In this document: positions 17,795 to 26,154 of the stretch, in pieces | Layout: each line of letters begins with the position of its first letter | How positions within the stretch are numbered: the first letter of the stretch is position 1 | Origin: a virus | Lineage: Duplodnaviria > Caudoviricetes | Reading direction: 5' to 3' (one strand) | IMG/VR virus record: IMGVR_UViG_3300049856_000084 | Coordinates: 915 to 64,914 of that record | Length of the DNA: 64,000 nt | Program-made: the position numbers and the translations under genes | The notes under the pieces: model-generated | What the model was told of the DNA's origin: nothing | Seen by the model: only the letters and a program-made list of their open reading frames with translations | Database searches by the model: none

Positions 17795-18169
17795 TTATTC
17801 TTTCCACTTATCCAAAATCTTCAGAGCCTCCGCAATCGCGGCGCGTAAATCCGGCTCGTGTTGTGTGCGGTTTGGGTGCGTCCAATCATGGAGATGCTTG
17901 TAGGCCTTATCGAGCTTGTAGGCACTTTCCAGTATCGCCTTGCGGGTTTCAAATGGTGTGGGGTCAATGTCAGGCCGATAATCGTTACCCTCATACCCTC
18001 TTATTTCCCAAATGTCTCCAGTGTTAACAAAGAGATCGGTAGCTCGCTCACCATTCCAGCTAACCTTAACCATCCCCGTCTTCGTGATGGAGATCACACG
18101 GCCCTCTATAAAGGATTGGCCACGCCATCCAGTTCTAATGTACACGCCCTGCCCGACTTCGTAGCTCAT
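17795..18169 (-). CDS. SH3/beta-barrel hypothetical protein
   Basis: YEVGQ.VYI...GRVISITKTG..KV; ATGA overlap. Confidence 0.55.
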   Translation of the reverse strand: MSYEVGQGVYIRTGWRGQSFIEGRVISITKTGMVKVSWNGERATDLFVNTGDIWEIRGYEGNDYRPDIDPTPFETRKAILESAYKLDKAYKHLHDWTHPNRTQHEPDLRAAIAEALKILDKWKE

Positions 18170-18420
18170 GGCTTTGCCTTCACGTTTGGTTGGGGCTTGT
18201 CTTCCAGCCAAACGGTATAAGTGCCATCTTCTTTGTTTTTGCGACTACGCAGTTTGTAGCTGCTTACGTGGTAGAAAGTTGCCGCGCTCGCATACTGCCG
18301 GTGTGTAAGTCCCGCCACTGCTTTCTTCGCAGCGAAAGCATTTTCTAAAGCATCGTACACTGCTCTGTAGCTATTTTGTGGAGCTACGGATGGGATATCT
18401 ACGATTGTGAATGGTTCCAT
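18166..18420 (-). CDS. Hypothetical protein, first gene of the leftward operon
   Basis: GAGGA RBS after a structured leader. Confidence 0.6.
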   Translation of the reverse strand: MEPFTIVDIPSVAPQNSYRAVYDALENAFAAKKAVAGLTHRQYASAATFYHVSSYKLRSRKNKEDGTYTVWLEDKPQPNVKAKP

Positions 18421-18500
18421 TGTATTTGATCCTCGGCGGCCCGCGCACCCTGTAGCCTGGAAAGCTAATTAACCGGGTGCCATACGGTGCCGCCTGATTC

Positions 18501-18581
18501 AATATATTTTAGATTCGCTGCGTTGTCAAGGAAAATCGTATAAAAATATAATTTGACATTTTTATAGTTTCGGATTACACT
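18501..18581. promoter_or_regulatory. Divergent sigma70-type promoter pair (switch region)
   Basis: Leftward TTGACA(18529)-17-TATATT; rightward TTGACA(18553)-17-TACACT; AT-rich. Confidence 0.75.
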
Positions 18582-18591
18582 GATTTCAACG

Positions 18592-18756
18592 ATGGCAAAA
18601 CGAAAGTTTACAGACCCTACCACGGTCAATCTGCGAATCCCACAGAAGCTACATTCTTCGTTCAAGCAAGCCTGCGCGAAGAAGATGGTTTCGATGATAC
18701 AGGGATGCACTGAGGCCGTCCAGCTTTGGATGGAAGAACAGAAGGTGAAACGATGA
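18592..18756 (+). CDS. Arc/ribbon-helix-helix regulator (54 aa, not in ORF track)
   Basis: MAKRKFTDPTTVNLRIPQKLHSSFKQACAKKMVSM... directly after the rightward promoter. Confidence 0.7.
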   Translation: MAKRKFTDPTTVNLRIPQKLHSSFKQACAKKMVSMIQGCTEAVQLWMEEQKVKR

Positions 18757-19065
18757 CACTTCGGGACGAAATCAAGGAATTGAAAGACTTCTTGTATCGC
18801 ATTATCAGGGAGACCCAAATGGAAAAAGATGCAAGAATTCAGGGTTTCCCACGGATCGCAAGGACTGCGCGTAAGGATCGTTTAGAAATCACCGAAGACG
18901 TACGTAAATACTTGAAGGCGGCGGAAAAGCGAGGCAAGCGATGATTGACCGCTTCTTTGACTGGTACGCCAATGCGCCGCTCGTGGAAGTGGTGCGAGTT
19001 GGGACCATTACGGCCTATCTGTTCGGCATTATAACCGGCGCAATGATTAGCTATGCGGTGCTGCG

Positions 19066-19305
19066 ATGAGCGAACCGCTAAAGCTGAGCGATCTGGGAAG
19101 CCACGAGTTTCTATTGGCTTCTCGCAATGACGGCAAGACTACGATATCACTGTACGCTGATTTTGGTTTGTCGCCGCCGTTCACGCCATATGGATTCTAC
19201 ATCCGTGGAACCAATGGCTCTGGTCACACGACAGATCCAAATCAGGCAATTGCAGCATTCAACGCACAAGTTTTGATCGACGCCCAACAGGGCAAGGAGA
19301 AGTAA
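19066..19305 (+). CDS. Hypothetical protein
   Basis: Packed rightward operon. Confidence 0.5.
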   Translation: MSEPLKLSDLGSHEFLLASRNDGKTTISLYADFGLSPPFTPYGFYIRGTNGSGHTTDPNQAIAAFNAQVLIDAQQGKEK

Positions 19306-19307
19306 GT

Positions 19308-19829
19308 ATGGCAAAGAAAAATGCAGTTCGAGAATTAGAGCCAAATCCAGTGCCGGGAACGCCCGGTGTTGATGTTGAGCCAAACCACGCAGATGCAGTT
19401 CGCAATGGGCAGGAAGTTGAGGCTCAAGCCAACCGTGAGATTCTCAAGAAGTTTCTTGACGAATTGAAGGATTGGGTTACTAATTCACCAAAGGCCGCAG
19501 GGGTTGGCAAAGACTGGGGACCGGAACCAGTGGCACCATATGGCATCAAGGTTAAGGTTTATCCCGATAATCGCTTTGAAGTGCTGATCGGCGAAAAGGT
19601 GACTACTATCACGGCAAAAGACATCACGCCGGTTCCACCGACAAACATCAATGCGGTTGGTGGCCCGGTCGGTGGACCAATTCCTGATAGTCCTGGGCAA
19701 CCGAGCAACCGCTTCTACAACATCGGCGGATCGAAGTATGTTCCAGGCGACCGCTACGAAACAACGGATGGCAGCATCTACATTTGCATCGCCAATCTGT
19801 TTTACACCTGTTGGCTGAAAGTTCGATAA
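19308..19829 (+). CDS. Pro/Gly-rich hypothetical protein
   Basis: AAGGAG RBS; followed by GGGGC-TTCG-GCCCC hairpin at 19842-19855. Confidence 0.65.
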   Translation: MAKKNAVRELEPNPVPGTPGVDVEPNHADAVRNGQEVEAQANREILKKFLDELKDWVTNSPKAAGVGKDWGPEPVAPYGIKVKVYPDNRFEVLIGEKVTTITAKDITPVPPTNINAVGGPVGGPIPDSPGQPSNRFYNIGGSKYVPGDRYETTDGSIYICIANLFYTCWLKVR

Positions 19830-19940
19830 CCACAACCTCACGGGGCTTCGGCCCCTTCTGAGCGGTTCGGCCTTGAAAAAGTTCGGTATGGCTGGTACAG
19901 AAAGCCGAATATAATTGCAAGGCCGTTCCGCTGAGAGTTT

Positions 19941-20139
19941 GGGAATGTAGCTAACTGGATAAGCTTGTGGTCCGCAAGATCACGGCTGACGATGTGGCGA
20001 AATGGCATACGCGCTGGTCTAGCAAACTGGTGTTAGGTAAAGCTTAAGCCTAGCGTGCTGGTTCGACCCCAGCCATCGTTAGATAATCATCCGAACCCGA
20101 GGGTGGTTGATTCGAGTTCGAGTCTCGACATTTCCACCA
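19941..20139 (+). ncRNA. Outer tRNA-like RNA (G3:U70, A73, encoded CCA) enclosing a whole tRNA
   Basis: Acceptor GGGAATG/CATTTCC-ACCA; D arm GCT-AACTGGATA-AGC; T arm TCGAG-TTCGAGT-CTCGA; three arms between D and T arms. Confidence 0.75.
19988..20081 (+). tRNA. Class II tRNA, anticodon AGC (Ala) on a Leu-like body, no encoded CCA
   Basis: Acceptor GACGATG/CATCGTT-A; D arm GCG-AAATGGCATA-CGC; CTGGT-CTAGCAA-ACTGG; long variable arm; GCTGG-TTCGACC-CCAGC. Confidence 0.8.
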
Positions 20140-20171
20140 AATTTTGAAGTGATGAGAGAAGGGGAAGACTA

Positions 20172-20684
20172 ATGGAAAAAACAATCACAGTTCACGGTGA
20201 AGAGTGCATCGTCACGCTTCAGGATGATTTTACGTTTATAGCGTCGTACAGCGACGCCGAATACAACACCAAATATGTCAATGGTGAAAGCTTAAAAGAG
20301 GTTCGCGCCAATCTTGCGGCGGCGATCCCCAAGCCTGAAAAGTCGAACGCTCCGAAGAAGCAGAAAATTGAGATCAAAGCTATCCATTGGATGGCGGTCA
20401 TAAATCGTTACGATAAGCCACCATCGAACGAACCCATTACCATCACTGGTGTGCATCAACGAGATGGACGATCATTGCTAGGGTTTTATGATAATCACCC
20501 GAAAGCATCATTTGAGCCAGGGGGAAAGTATAGCAATGCTTGTTTGCTGGTTGCCGATGCACCTGTATCTGAGTTACTGCTTTTGAAACAGACCGCCGAA
20601 ATGCACAAGCAGAACTTTGACGCCACGTTGCATAAGTACCGCTTCGATCCAACAACGATTCCCGGCTATAAGAAGGGGTTCTAA
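20172..20684 (+). CDS. Hypothetical phage protein
   Basis: AAGGGG RBS; 170-aa ORF right after the RNA gene. Confidence 0.65.
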   Translation: MEKTITVHGEECIVTLQDDFTFIASYSDAEYNTKYVNGESLKEVRANLAAAIPKPEKSNAPKKQKIEIKAIHWMAVINRYDKPPSNEPITITGVHQRDGRSLLGFYDNHPKASFEPGGKYSNACLLVADAPVSELLLLKQTAEMHKQNFDATLHKYRFDPTTIPGYKKGF

Positions 20685-20686
20685 CC

Positions 20687-20923
20687 ATGAATGACAACGG
20701 AATATTGGCAATCGAAGTGAGCACGCTGCTGCTTGCGGCTATCGGCGGAATCAGTGCCATCTACAAGTGGCGTACATGGGCCGCATTCTGGCACTGGTGC
20801 GCTTCCAAGTGCATGGCGGCTGGTACGTACTGTTTCCGCTGGTGTACAGGCAAGGCGGTCGCCGAAGAGGCCAAGAAGGCGTACTGGCGTAATCTGGGTA
20901 AGCCGAACACGGAGCAAGTATGA
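20687..20923 (+). CDS. Small membrane protein
   Basis: One TM helix; AAGGGG RBS. Confidence 0.5.
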   Translation: MNDNGILAIEVSTLLLAAIGGISAIYKWRTWAAFWHWCASKCMAAGTYCFRWCTGKAVAEEAKKAYWRNLGKPNTEQV

Positions 20924-21186
20924 AAACGGTAGATTTGACAGACGTAATCAAGATGAAACGAACTGCTCCTGGGTTTATACCAGAGTTGTTTGAAACTTTG
21001 AAGGCACTGGAACCAGGGAAGTGCCTAGAAGTTCTTGTTGCAGAATTAGAAGGCCGTACACCTAAAAAATTTCGAGCGCAACTCACGATGCGTTGCATCA
21101 CTGTATCACCTACGCATAAGCTGTGTATGCGAGATAAGGTCGATACTCTCTACCTCTGGCTTGAGCCACGGGAGCCGAAGCCATGA
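20920..21186 (+). CDS. Hypothetical protein
   Basis: GGAG RBS, ATGA overlaps on both sides. Confidence 0.55.
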   Translation: MKTVDLTDVIKMKRTAPGFIPELFETLKALEPGKCLEVLVAELEGRTPKKFRAQLTMRCITVSPTHKLCMRDKVDTLYLWLEPREPKP

Positions 21187-21449
21187 GCAAGCCATACTCG
21201 GTACCGCCGTGTGATCTCACAGAGAAGCCACGCTACACGCCTGGGCCGCCGCCAGCCGACGCCGAGGGCTGGTACATGCTGCGGTGGGACAAGCTATCGG
21301 ATATCGACGAAGTACAAGTGCTTTGCGATAATCTCACCAATGGCGTTGGGATTAAGTATACGCGCCGAAACTTGGAACAATGCTCGCACCACATGAAGAT
21401 AGAGATGCCGGAGGAACCAGAATGCCACGAGACTCAGCCGAAGAGTTGA
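21183..21449 (+). CDS. Hypothetical protein, DUF551-like
   Basis: GPPP....GWYMLRW...SHHMKI..PE; resembles 5186-5578. Confidence 0.5.
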   Translation: MSKPYSVPPCDLTEKPRYTPGPPPADAEGWYMLRWDKLSDIDEVQVLCDNLTNGVGIKYTRRNLEQCSHHMKIEMPEEPECHETQPKS

Positions 21450-21630
21450 AGTTTATGTTCACTTCGGCTGCTATGGATTACGCGGCGGCTGTTTCCATCA
21501 TTATGGACGATGTTATGGCGATAGGGAGCGAAGGCCCAAACGCAGATGCTGTCAAAACAGCACATAGAAACATGCGGCTAGCGCAATCACGCATGATGCG
21601 CTGGTACGGGAAGATACAGGAGCAAGCCAA

Positions 21631-21843
21631 GTGACGATTAAGAACCTACACCGTGGAACGTGTCAAATGCCCAATAAGTGCCAGTATCCCGGCTGCGACG
21701 CGATCGCGCTGATCTATTGCGATAACTGCAATGCCGTGGCGTGCGAAGAGCACACGAAGCACTGGGACGCGGACCAATGCAGTTCTGGCGAGACTACGCA
21801 GTGCTGGAAGTGTACGGGGATGGATCTTGACTTATGCGAGTAG
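21631..21843 (+). CDS. Cys-rich zinc-finger protein
   Basis: Multiple CxxC / CxxH motifs. Confidence 0.5.
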   Translation: MTIKNLHRGTCQMPNKCQYPGCDAIALIYCDNCNAVACEEHTKHWDADQCSSGETTQCWKCTGMDLDLCE

Positions 21844-22064
21844 GGATAGCCGTGTACTGCACCGTTTGTGGACGCCAGAAGAAGCCGCGTGGCCGTAGCG
21901 CTCCCATGGGTATGGTGATGTGTGAAGCGCCGTTCTTCGATGAACCAGGCAGATGTACCGGCTATGGACAAGAACCGCGTGTTGGGGATCTGTGGCCGGG
22001 TGAGACGCAGGAAGATTTTGGCTACCTGGTGAGTGCCGATGGAACGAAGGAGGTGACGCCGTGA
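21834..22064 (+). CDS. Small Cys-containing phage protein
   Basis: CTVCGRQKKPRGRSAP...C...C.GY...P..G.LWPGE motif. Confidence 0.55.
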   Translation: MRVGIAVYCTVCGRQKKPRGRSAPMGMVMCEAPFFDEPGRCTGYGQEPRVGDLWPGETQEDFGYLVSADGTKEVTP

Positions 22065-22227
22065 AAATCACAATCGAGCATAATACCCAGGTGTTAGAAA
22101 ATCAAGCCGCGTTAGCCGTAGGGCGTGCGTTGTCTGCCTGGCAAGCCGTGGAGGCCAGTCACAGTTGATGGAAAGAACTACGTAGTGCTGCGTCACGCGA
22201 ATGGAACATTCTACGAAGTATCCATCG

Positions 22228-22444
22228 CAGAATAATGCTTTGCCATCGCGGCAAGCTGTGAATCAAATAAAGGAGTGTTAATTATGAACAACGAACTCGA
22301 TGAAGCCCTGCGCAAATGGCAAGCATGGGTACACCAGAAGCCCATGGATGAAATTTCTACCGAGGAAGTAAATTTGGACATCCAGATTCAAAACTGGTTC
22401 TCATATGAGCCAGAATAATTGCTTTGCCATCGCGGCAAGCTGTG
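22228..22444 (+). repeat. 33/34-bp direct repeat (stop codon plus promoter) flanking a 44-aa ORF at 22284-22418
   Basis: CAGAATAAT(T)GCTTTGCCATCGCGGCAAGCTGTG at 22228-22260 and 22411-22444; second copy is followed by a TAGACT -10 box. Confidence 0.85.
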
Positions 22445-22555
22445 CTAGACTTATAGAGCCTGTACAGTTTGACCCATGCGCTTAGCGGCAATTGGGCGAA
22501 GGAATCCAGGGTAGGGCCTCCATCCCTGCCCTCCTTCAAATTCCCATGGAGGGGA

Positions 22556-22906
22556 ATGATGGAACCACCAAAACACGACATTGATTTTTCGCACGGATGC
22601 CTTGCATACGCCATCGAAGATATTTTCGCGGCTGAGCCAAAAGAACTGTGGACTGCGGTAAAACTAGCCGTGCGGCTGGAGACATTTCCGTTTCGCCACC
22701 GTAGCTTGACTGACCCTGCAAAACAGCGAACACGGCGTATTCAGTCTATATCCCAAAGTCTGCACAAGTTAGCACTTGCCGGGCGCATAGCGCTGGTGCG
22801 CAAGCCACGCGAGGGCCAACCGTGCAAGTATGCAACGATTGGTGCATCTTGCTCCATCTGCTCCGAGTATCCATGCCGGTGCCACGCGCTGGAGGGCAAA
22901 CGCTAG
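22556..22906 (+). CDS. Winged-helix protein upstream of the replication initiator
   Basis: GGAGG RBS; ISQSLHKLALAGRI..V...Y; TAGTG overlap with the next gene. Confidence 0.6.
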   Translation: MMEPPKHDIDFSHGCLAYAIEDIFAAEPKELWTAVKLAVRLETFPFRHRSLTDPAKQRTRRIQSISQSLHKLALAGRIALVRKPREGQPCKYATIGASCSICSEYPCRCHALEGKR

Positions 22907-23832
22907 TGCCCAATAGACTCTTGCGGGATGGGATTCTTACCAGCGAAAAAGTTAACGCTTTGTCGATGGCCGGAGAGGTTTTCTACCGTCGCCTAATGAG
23001 CGTAGTTGACGACTTCGGACGGCTCGAAGCTCACCCTCAAATACTTCTAACGAAGTGCTTCCCGCTGCAAATGGAGACCGTGACTGTTGAAAATGTCCGC
23101 ATGATGCTCGCAGAGTGCGCGCAATTGCCCGCAGGATGGCCGCAGGGCTCGGAAGACAATGAACCGCTCATCACTATATATGTAGTAAAAGGCAAAAAGT
23201 ACTTACAAATCAATAACTTCCAACAAAGAGAGCGTACTGCTAAATATCCTTCGCCAGCGGAATGCGCGCAAGTTGCTAGCAGCGTGCTGGCAGAATGCGC
23301 GCAGCTTGCGCCTCGCGCGTCGCATTCGACTTCGCATTCGACTTCGCATTCGACTTCGCATTCGACTTCGACTGTTCGGAAGGGTTCGGACGCGCGCGAC
23401 CCAATTGCATGGGAAGCTGGCCCGAACTGGCAAACTGTAACCGACATCTGGAACGGTGACGAACTAAACCAAGGCGATTGCCAGATGTACATCAGCCTGA
23501 TTTATTCAGAATCGGAATTTAATTTGCTAGTGGAAGGGCTGAAGATTTGGGAAGCCTGCGAAAAATGGAAGACTGGCTACCGTACCAATTTTCAGAAATT
23601 TCTCAAAGACGGAGTTTACAAAACTCGTCCGGCAAAGAATCCAAAAGGCACGGCTTACGTGGCGCGGTCGGCGCATTGCCAGAAGTGCTTGGACACCGGC
23701 GAAGTGGTAGACCCGCACTACAGCGTTGGAGATGGCGCAAATTGGGACCGTTACTATCGGGATGGGGTAGAGGTGTCTGAATCTGAATTCGCGGCGGCAG
23801 TAAGGCCGTGTGTTTGCAGGGGTGGACTATGA
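22906..23832 (+). CDS. Phage replication initiator (replisome organizer) with internal iterons
   Basis: MPNRLLRDGILTSEKVNALS..GEVFY.RL.SVVDDFGR...YLQINNF.Q N-terminus; repeat-rich linker. Confidence 0.8.
   Translation: MPNRLLRDGILTSEKVNALSMAGEVFYRRLMSVVDDFGRLEAHPQILLTKCFPLQMETVTVENVRMMLAECAQLPAGWPQGSEDNEPLITIYVVKGKKYLQINNFQQRERTAKYPSPAECAQVASSVLAECAQLAPRASHSTSHSTSHSTSHSTSTVRKGSDARDPIAWEAGPNWQTVTDIWNGDELNQGDCQMYISLIYSESEFNLLVEGLKIWEACEKWKTGYRTNFQKFLKDGVYKTRPAKNPKGTAYVARSAHCQKCLDTGEVVDPHYSVGDGANWDRYYRDGVEVSESEFAAAVRPCVCRGGL
23320..23373 (+). repeat. Tandem 12-bp repeat (TCGCATTCGACT) x4.5
   Basis: Read directly; encodes (SHST)4. Confidence 0.95.
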
Positions 23833-24034
23833 GCAAGCAATCACGAGAGTCACTTGGGCGAACGCTGGAGATGGAAGCAGGTCCAAGCGAACCGGCGCGG
23901 CTACACCGCTACTGCTGGCGTAATGAACTGGGGCAGGTTACGCGATCAGAGTCGATGAGTCTGCGGGAAGCGCGGGAGTGGGCTGAATCGAGCAACACGC
24001 TGTTCCCGCAAACGCTGTACTGGGTGGAACCGGC

Positions 24035-24235
24035 ATGACGGAAAAGCAGAAACAGGCCGACCAAGTTTTTGATGTCTTGGTGGTAAAACTTGGGGCGCTA
24101 GAGCATCAAATCCAGTGCCAGATTTTGGGGCAGCAGCAATTGCTCGATAGGCTGATGGCGGTTGAGAAGCAGGCGGCGGAAGATAGGGCAATTTTGAGGG
24201 CACTGGAGGAGCGATGCCGAATATCGAAACCGTAG
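24035..24235 (+). CDS. Coiled-coil hypothetical protein
   Basis: ATGA overlap, heptad pattern. Confidence 0.5.
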   Translation: MTEKQKQADQVFDVLVVKLGALEHQIQCQILGQQQLLDRLMAVEKQAAEDRAILRALEERCRISKP

Positions 24236-24344
24236 TTATGTTTGGGGTCGGGCTAATGATCGGGTATGTGATAAACATCCTGAGCGGGATTCGCAAAGAA
24301 TTGCGCCGTAGTGCAGATGCACTGGAAGCACTGGAGGAAGCAGC

Positions 24345-24773
24345 ATGTCGAGTGACAAAGTGAGCGTGGTGGAAGGGATGGCTCAGGCTATAGCTGGTGG
24401 TATAGCTGGTGGGCTTAGGAAATCTATCGAATTGGCGCGGAATCGATTCGATGTGACAGATAAGCGCATCACAGATCTACAGGCGCAGCTTGACGCGGTG
24501 CTGGAGCGCCTTTCAAAAGTCGAGGCAACGCTTGAAATCGACGATGTTGGCTGCGAGTTAAACGCAGAACTACGGGTAGAGCGTGGCAGGATCGACGCGG
24601 CGCTGAAGCGGCTGGATGCGCTGGAGCCACTGGTTGCCAAGATCAACCGCTGGACGATCGACGAGAACGCCGATGAGCGTATCGCGGCGCTGGAGAAGCG
24701 GCTGTCGCTGATGCCGGACCCGCGCCCTAGGCCGCTGGTGCGAGATGCGAATATCGGGGAGGTGCAACCGTGA
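24345..24773 (+). CDS. Coiled-coil hypothetical protein
   Basis: GGAGG RBS; repeated RL.ALE heptads. Confidence 0.6.
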   Translation: MSSDKVSVVEGMAQAIAGGIAGGLRKSIELARNRFDVTDKRITDLQAQLDAVLERLSKVEATLEIDDVGCELNAELRVERGRIDAALKRLDALEPLVAKINRWTIDENADERIAALEKRLSLMPDPRPRPLVRDANIGEVQP

Positions 24774-25177
24774 AGCGCGAATGGCGTGTAGCGTGGCGTA
24801 CTGAAATGCGGATGGAGTGGTACGGGCCTAAATCCGATGTGAAATACAAAGCGCGGCAATTGCGCAAGGATGTGCTAAATACCCGCATCCAGGTGCAGAG
24901 CCGGGAAGTAAGCGCGTGGAAGGCGGCAAAGCCGTGAAACTGGGCAATATCAAGGCGCTGAATCGGGAGCGCGGGCCGCTGATCGACAAGAAAATTGCTG
25001 GCACGATCACCGAGGCTGAAAGCATCCGGCTGAAGCAGTTGAACGCATTGGTCGATGAGCATATCCAGCGTGTTGCACCACGGCCAGATCACGGTGAAAT
25101 GCTCGCCTCGCTTGAGCGAACGGATGCATTGCGCCGGAAGATAGAAGTGAGACTAGCTGGAAAAGGAGCAAGGGAAG

Positions 25178-25378
25178 ATGGGCGCTAAAACCGAGATTGA
25201 AGTGACAGCGGAGGAAAGGGCCGCAATGGTGGAAGAATACAACCGCGACGGGACCAGCACATGTCCAAAGTGTGGAACTAAATCACAGCCATGGGCCGGG
25301 TATTGGTTTTGCCAGTGTGGGGCGTTCGCAGCGCCAGTACAACAAGGAGACGCCATGAGGGTGGAACATGGGGCGTGA
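25178..25378 (+). CDS. Zn-ribbon protein
   Basis: CPKCG...WFCQCG. Confidence 0.55.
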   Translation: MGAKTEIEVTAEERAAMVEEYNRDGTSTCPKCGTKSQPWAGYWFCQCGAFAAPVQQGDAMRVEHGA

Positions 25379-26024
25379 GTATATCCAGGATCAAAAGCTC
25401 CGCGCTGCCAAAATCGCGGAGTACGAAAGGGAAATCAAGCGTCTCACTAAGCCATCACAGAGCCGAACACGAGTATGCAAGGAATTGGCCGTTAGGAGGC
25501 TCAAGGGCGAATTGCCCTACCTGGACGGCGTAAAGCCCACGGAGTGCCGCGTTAAGCTCGCCACGGGCGGTTTCTGCCGCAAGCCACGTACCCATAACGG
25601 CAAATGCGCGGAGCATAACCGGGAGTATGATCGGAAGAAATACTGGAGGCTGAAAGAGGCGAAAATGCCGGCTGAACCAAAACCACGAGGAGAGCCGTTA
25701 AAGTGCCTGCTGTGTGATGCTCCCCCACTTGGGCGAAGCAAGTACTGCGAAGGGTGCCAAGATTCGCCAGATCGTCCGAAGATCGGCAGGCCAAATGGCT
25801 ATGCAGTTAAAATGCAAAAAATTGGGGCCCAACGGTCTAAGCCAATGAAAACAAGTACAGAATCAGATATGCAGTTGAAACCCAAGCGCGGCGTCGTGAT
25901 TCGCAGGCGTCCAGATCCACCGATGCCCGATGGTTACCAGATGCCACGGGAGATGGTGGCACCGCCGATCATCCGCATTGCGCATACGTGGTTTCAGGAT
26001 TTGATGGACAAGAACACAGGCTGA
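25368..26024 (+). CDS. Basic Cys-rich protein, last gene of the replication operon (possible regulator)
   Basis: GAGG RBS; C..C..H and CLLC...YCEGC motifs. Confidence 0.6.
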   Translation: MGREYIQDQKLRAAKIAEYEREIKRLTKPSQSRTRVCKELAVRRLKGELPYLDGVKPTECRVKLATGGFCRKPRTHNGKCAEHNREYDRKKYWRLKEAKMPAEPKPRGEPLKCLLCDAPPLGRSKYCEGCQDSPDRPKIGRPNGYAVKMQKIGAQRSKPMKTSTESDMQLKPKRGVVIRRRPDPPMPDGYQMPREMVAPPIIRIAHTWFQDLMDKNTG

Positions 26025-26154
26025 GGCGCTGGCGGTTCGTCCTTGCCTACCATGTACGCCATCATGCCAACGAGGGCGAAAAATAGTATCAACCACAGCA
26101 CCCCGCGTGTTTCGGCGGCTTCACGTGGCTCGTGTGTGTTTTCCTGCCATAGTG

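Noticed and set aside
19941-20139. Calling the outer RNA a tmRNA
   Set aside because: It has the Ala acceptor, but also a paired D stem, is only 199 nt, and its interior is a cloverleaf with no evident tag reading frame or pseudoknots
22228-22444. Palindromic 33-bp direct repeat as a mini-CRISPR array
   Set aside because: Only two copies, and the 150-bp spacer holds an RBS and a 44-aa ORF; the repeat contains a stop codon and a -35 box
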